Shown: positions 59,779 to 64,000 of the stretch, piece by piece
How the letters are laid out: each line of letters starts with the position of its first letter
Position numbering within the stretch: the stretch's first letter is position 1
DNA from: Promethearchaeota archaeon
GTDB lineage: Archaea; Asgardarchaeota; Lokiarchaeia; Sigyniarchaeales; SOKP01
Reading direction: 5' to 3'
Assembly: GCA_016839705.1 (NCBI GenBank)
Contig: JAEOTR010000016.1
Coordinates: 64,001 to 128,000 of the forward strand
DNA: 64,000 nucleotides
Notes under the pieces: model-generated
The model's input: the letters and a program-made list of their open reading frames with translations, nothing else
The model's database searches: none
What the model was told of the DNA's origin: nothing
Made by a program: the position numbers and the translations under genes

Positions 59779-61269
59779 ATGGCAGGAAAATTCCTTAGGT
59801 TCTTTTCACCATTCATTAAAGCAATGCCTGAAATTAAAAATCCTCAACGTGAGGTTTCCTTTAAAGAAAAATTTATCTGGACAGCTATCGTGCTCATTAT
59901 TTATTTAATAATGTCAAACATTCCTCTTTATGGTATTCAGATATCAGAATCAACTGATTATTTTTATTGGTTGCGTGTAATTCTTGCAAGCCAGAGGGGA
60001 ACACTCACAGAACTCGGTATTGGGCCTATTGTAACTTCGGGACTTATCATGCAATTACTCTTAGGTTCACGAATTATCAACGTAAATATGGCTGATCCAT
60101 ATGATAGAGCTTTGTTTAGTGGTGCTCAGAAGGTTCTTGCTATTTTCCTAACAATATTCAATGCTATTGCTTATTTATTTGGGGGCGCTTTTGGTAATTT
60201 GTCAGAAATAGGGATTCAAGGGGCAGTTTTTATTTTTGTTCAATTGCTTTTTGCAGGGATAATTATAATTCTCCTTGATGAATTACTCCAAAAAGGATGG
60301 GGTCTTGGAAGTGGCGTATCCTTGTTTATTGCGGCAGGTGTAGCAGGACAAATCTTCTGGAATTGTTTCAGCTTTATTTCTACTCCTGCTCCTCCTGATG
60401 GAGATGGATTACCAAGAGGTATCGTTATTGCCTTTTTTACTGCAATCTTTGATGGCGACTCTGGAACAAACGTAGGTAGTCTTTTTCTTAGGGGAAGACT
60501 CCCGTCATTACTAGGTATTATAACTACTGTGGGTATACTATTCTTGGTTATTTGGTTTGAATCAACGCGTGTAGAAATCCCACTTACATATCGAGGCTAT
60601 CGAGGATATAAGGGTAAGTATCCAATGAAATTACTTTATGTTTCTAATATTCCGGTAATATTAGTTAATGCATTATATGCGAATTTCTTATTTTTTGGGC
60701 AGTTACTTGCTGGACCAGGATCTGCTTTACGTGTAACCAATGGAGGACTCATTCCTGATTTCTGGGTTGATTTAATTGGAAGGTTTGAAACACAAGAAGC
60801 AGGAGCAGGTATGGGAGGACAACTAGTGCCGACATTTGGACTAATATATTTGCTTACGCCTCCATTGGGCATGGCTCAGCTGGTGGCGGATCCGTTTAGA
60901 GCTGTATTATATTTACTCATTTTCATTGCACTTTGTATCATACTTGGTCGAGTCTGGGTCGAAGTTTCAGGTCTCGCCCCGCGAGATATAGCAGGGCAGA
61001 TATTAGATTCAAAAATGCAAGTACCCGGGTTTAGAAGCTCTGAAAAAGTTTTAGAGCGGATATTGAAACGATATATTCCAACTTTGGTGATTCTCAACGG
61101 AATTTTTATCGCTGTATTGAGTTTCTTCGCAGATAGTCTAGGTGCGTTGACCTCCGGTACGGGTTTACTAATTTCCATCGGAATAATTCATCAATATGGT
61201 GAAACCTTAGCTAAAGAGATGGCTGCGAGCCAATATCCTGGCATGAGAGGATTACTTGGCTTAGATTAA
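59779..61269 (+). CDS. secY: Preprotein translocase subunit SecY/Sec61alpha
   Basis: GTLTELGIGPIVTSG, KGWGLGSGVSLFIA, LLYVSNIPVIL, VPGFR, SGTGLL. Confidence 0.97.
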   Translation: MAGKFLRFFSPFIKAMPEIKNPQREVSFKEKFIWTAIVLIIYLIMSNIPLYGIQISESTDYFYWLRVILASQRGTLTELGIGPIVTSGLIMQLLLGSRIINVNMADPYDRALFSGAQKVLAIFLTIFNAIAYLFGGAFGNLSEIGIQGAVFIFVQLLFAGIIIILLDELLQKGWGLGSGVSLFIAAGVAGQIFWNCFSFISTPAPPDGDGLPRGIVIAFFTAIFDGDSGTNVGSLFLRGRLPSLLGIITTVGILFLVIWFESTRVEIPLTYRGYRGYKGKYPMKLLYVSNIPVILVNALYANFLFFGQLLAGPGSALRVTNGGLIPDFWVDLIGRFETQEAGAGMGGQLVPTFGLIYLLTPPLGMAQLVADPFRAVLYLLIFIALCIILGRVWVEVSGLAPRDIAGQILDSKMQVPGFRSSEKVLERILKRYIPTLVILNGIFIAVLSFFADSLGALTSGTGLLISIGIIHQYGETLAKEMAASQYPGMRGLLGLD

Positions 61270-61516
61270 CCACTTCCTCTTAGATCTAATTATTCTGGAG
61301 TTTTTTCTCTACGTAATTGATTATAAATAACTTAGCAAAATTTAAAGAATCTTCAAATGATACCTTTAATTTTTTGCTTATTCTAGGATTCGGTTAACAA
61401 TCACTTGAGAAGATAAACAAATTTAGGTTTTTATTATTTGAACTTTTAATCATTTTATGAAACAGAATTCCTTCTGTAAAGTTTATAACGTTTTTTAGTT
61501 TTATTTAAATATAATA

Positions 61517-62113
61517 ATGATGTTATTTATGTTCGATTTTGCAGAATGGGTATCTACACCACCTGTCTCAATGTTCTTTGTGCTAATCTTAGCTTCTCTT
61601 ACCGCACTAATAAGTGCTTTTTTAACTAAATGGCTGGTTGATACTGAAGAACTGGAGCGTAAGCAAAAGCAAATTAAAGGTCATGAAGAAGAGAAATCAA
61701 AAATAATTGAACTAGCTGAAGTAGATCCGGAACGTTATCGGAAACAGCGAAAAAGATGGGAGCGTAAAGAAGAAATGTTAAAGCAATCGCAGCAGAAAAT
61801 GTCACTTCAGAGATTGAAACCGACCTGTATAACATTTCTTCCAATGATTGTAATTTTTGGGATTCTGAATACAATTTTTGCTGGTGCTAGAGTTGCACTT
61901 AGTCCTATGCACGCAAACGATATCCCTCTCATAGGAGGTTTTATAAGTGCTGATGCGGTCTGGATAAACTTTACAGCATGGTATTTTTTGTGTTCACTTG
62001 GTATTAATACACTAGTTCAAAGACTTCTTAAACTTCAAACTCAAGCATCCGGAGGAATGGGCCAGATGATGGGCGCTTCTAAAGCAAAAGCTATCGATTT
62101 TCCAGATGTTTAA
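61517..62113 (+). CDS. EMC3/TMCO1 (DUF106, Oxa1-superfamily) membrane insertase
   Basis: TM - coiled coil - KPTCITFLP - WYFLCS topology; downstream of secY. Confidence 0.88.
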   Translation: MMLFMFDFAEWVSTPPVSMFFVLILASLTALISAFLTKWLVDTEELERKQKQIKGHEEEKSKIIELAEVDPERYRKQRKRWERKEEMLKQSQQKMSLQRLKPTCITFLPMIVIFGILNTIFAGARVALSPMHANDIPLIGGFISADAVWINFTAWYFLCSLGINTLVQRLLKLQTQASGGMGQMMGASKAKAIDFPDV

Positions 62114-62154
62114 GATTTTTCCCTTATAACTCTCAATGTTAATATATTAAATAA

Positions 62155-62286
62155 CGCAACGGGAGGGATCTATTCCCATAAGAAGAAGTTTCTTATAGAT
62201 CGAACCCCCGCGTGCATTCACACACTGGCTTTCTGGAAAAATTTTCTACTCCAAGCCAGCGCCGTACCGGGCTAGGCAACCGTTGC
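62155..62286 (-). tRNA. tRNA-Ser(GGA) with two introns (37/38: 62231-62248; 58/59: 62170-62199)
   Basis: Acceptor GCAACGG/CCGTTGC plus G73, anticodon stem CTGGC/GCCAG, long variable arm, T-stem GGGGG/CCCTC. Removing 18 and 30 nt gives an 84-nt tRNA with loops TTGGAGA and TTCGAAT. Confidence 0.92.
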
Positions 62287-62335
62287 ATTTAAAAAAATAA
62301 TAATAGATTAACATATTATTAGTTATTTATTTTTA

Positions 62336-62608
62336 CTATTTTATAGGGATAGAAACAATTTCATTCAATTTCTTTTCTAGCTTTGCTTTTTTTATAGCAG
62401 CTTCAACTTCTTCATGTTTAGCGCCTTTTTTAATTTCAATTGTATCTGTCATTGGTTCAATATGATTATAATTAACTCTTCTCCTTCTAACCTTTAATCC
62501 ATCAATTAGTAAGTAGTTTTTATCAATAATGTCAACGATAACACAATAATGACCGGCTTCTCTTCCCATTGTTTTGACGCAGAGACGTCCTATATCATAT
62601 ACACTCAT
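62336..62608 (-). CDS. rpl14e: 50S ribosomal protein eL14
   Basis: IGRLCVKTMGREAG...VRRRRVNYNHIEP. Confidence 0.95.
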   Translation of the reverse strand: MSVYDIGRLCVKTMGREAGHYCVIVDIIDKNYLLIDGLKVRRRRVNYNHIEPMTDTIEIKKGAKHEEVEAAIKKAKLEKKLNEIVSIPIK

Positions 62609-62730
62609 ATTTAATTTGTCACCAAATTATCTGTTTAGTTACTGGTGTCTTAAATCACCAGTAAATCACATCAATTTGTAGTAATTAAGTATATTAATGC
62701 AAGAATAAATTATTTTTGATTTTTATTAGA

Positions 62731-63273
62731 TTAAATCAATTCTTGTTTTTTTAATGCGGCAAAAATTATTTCCACAACTTCCTCAATGGTCAGCTCCGTT
62801 GTATCAATAATTAAATTATAGAGGTTCTCTATTATCGATTGATTATTTAGATCAAGTTCATAAAGTTTATTAAACCGTGCTAATTCTGATTTTTCCCTTA
62901 TAAGTGTTTCTTTTAATTTTTCTTCATAATTTGAATTATCTCTTTCAGTCATTCTATTAACTCGTGTTTCCAAGGGACAAGTTAATAAAATTTTAAAATC
63001 AGCAATAGAATCAAGAATGTAAGCACTTAATTGGCTATCGATTAAAATATTATCTCTTGAAGCGATCTCAATTATCTTTTTATCTAATTTTTTATCAATA
63101 TGAGGATTTTTTTCGACATAATCGGTGAATTCTTCTAAAGAGAACTTCATTTCTTTTGCTAATTCTCTAAAAGCTTGTCCAGTACTGTAATATTTTATTC
63201 CTAATTTTTGGGATATTATCTTCCCAATTGTGCTTTTACCAGTTCCATGAAGCCCTGAGATTGTTAAGATCAT
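62731..63273 (-). CDS. cmk: Archaeal cytidylate kinase
   Basis: TISGLHGTGKST, GQAFRELA, IDTT; lies between rpl34e and rpl14e. Confidence 0.92.
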   Translation of the reverse strand: MILTISGLHGTGKSTIGKIISQKLGIKYYSTGQAFRELAKEMKFSLEEFTDYVEKNPHIDKKLDKKIIEIASRDNILIDSQLSAYILDSIADFKILLTCPLETRVNRMTERDNSNYEEKLKETLIREKSELARFNKLYELDLNNQSIIENLYNLIIDTTELTIEEVVEIIFAALKKQELI

Positions 63274-63364
63274 TGCTTTTTTAATTTTAAGTTTAGATGA
63301 TAATTTAAATGAAGTAATGAATCTTTCCTATTTAAATAGTAGAAATTGAGTGATTGAAAAAAGA

Positions 63365-63634
63365 TTATTGGTTCCAAACTGATTCTTTTATTAATGTATT
63401 AAGACATGTAGAACAATACCTTCCACTTTCTAATCTATTTGCTCTTCTCGCTGTTTTATTAGTTTTTCTCATTTTAGAGGGGCGTAATCTTGGAACAGAT
63501 TGTATAGGTCTTTTACAAATCGCACAATGTGCTCTTTTTGGTTTTTTTCTCCAATAGTGAGTAACGCTTGTATTTCCTGGTGTTCTTACTTTTTTTCTAG
63601 CTTGGCTTTTCGATCTCAATCCTGGACGTGGAAT
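63365..63634 (-). CDS. rpl34e: 50S ribosomal protein eL34; ATT start
   Basis: (M)PRPGLRS...VRTPG, CAIC, R.NR...G..CSTC. GAGG SD-like motif upstream of ATT 63634. Confidence 0.93.
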   Translation of the reverse strand: MPRPGLRSKSQARKKVRTPGNTSVTHYWRKKPKRAHCAICKRPIQSVPRLRPSKMRKTNKTARRANRLESGRYCSTCLNTLIKESVWNQ

Positions 63635-63727
63635 ATTAATAACCTCTTAACTTATAATTTAAGAGCCATAGTAATGAAGCTAATATAATTTTAAAGCAAA
63701 GAAAGAATATTAATTTTATTGTTTTGT

Positions 63728-63976
63728 TTACGCTTTAAGATTTAATTTACTCTGAAATTTCTTAAAGATTTGGTAAATTTCATCAACAATTTCCTCACTA
63801 GATTTTTTACTTCTTTCTCCGTAATTAGATTCTGAAAAAACGACTTTATAGATCTTTTTAATTTCATCACGAAGATTTTCCAATCCAGGAAACCTTTTCA
63901 TATTTTTTATTAATTCTGTAAACAAGTTATTTATTAGTTCATTCTCTTGTAATCCTTTTAATTTTAAGGCGTCCAT
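63728..63976 (-). CDS. Hypothetical protein
   Basis: 82-aa ORF, co-oriented upstream of rpl34e; may extend upstream. Confidence 0.55.
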   Translation of the reverse strand: MDALKLKGLQENELINNLFTELIKNMKRFPGLENLRDEIKKIYKVVFSESNYGERSKKSSEEIVDEIYQIFKKFQSKLNLKA

Positions 63977-64000
63977 TAATGTTATAAAGGATGATGTTAT

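Noticed and set aside
1187-63688. Numerous 60-146 aa ORFs antisense to or nested in real genes (e.g. 53363-53803, 57493-57852, 29327-29641, 11877-12197)
   Set aside because: Shadow ORFs of well-supported genes, with no recognisable motifs.
1-64000. CRISPR arrays, IS/transposases, integrases, rRNA, selenoprotein UGA read-through
   Set aside because: No repeat-spacer periodicity, mobility genes or rRNA-like segments seen, and no conserved ORF appeared broken at an in-frame TGA in a Cys position.

Overview
AT-rich archaeal chromosomal segment, probably an Asgard archaeon of the Lokiarchaeia type. This is inferred from archaeal ribosomal proteins, SecY and ether-lipid genes occurring with methanopterin genes, bacterial-type Adk/AroK, an SCP2 protein and LITAF-like zinc-ribbon proteins. 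The window is mostly housekeeping and metabolic: a methanopterin-biosynthesis cluster (1-5.7 kb), an ether-lipid operon (14.7-18.6 kb), a glycoside/sulfate-ester catabolic block (20-28.6 kb), two orphan N6-adenine DNA methyltransferases, a radical SAM/DUF4130 pair, leuCD-like, shikimate and thiamine genes, the rpl11-rpl1-rpl10-rpl12 operon, secY, EMC3/TMCO1 and an inverted rpl34e-cmk-rpl14e-tRNA-Ser block. Main discovery: an unannotated 59-aa zinc-ribbon gene (50077-50285, +) is interrupted by a 29-nt, stop-containing, frameshifting insertion (50178-50206) that folds into a bulge-helix-bulge (BHB) motif. Cutting at the canonical splicing-endonuclease positions rebuilds an ATG codon and joins the two CxxC halves, suggesting a tRNA-type intron in an mRNA other than cbf5. 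The window also holds a tRNA-Ser(GGA) with two BHB introns (37/38 and 58/59) and several conserved genes that apparently start at ATT or CTG. No CRISPR array, rRNA or mobile element was seen.
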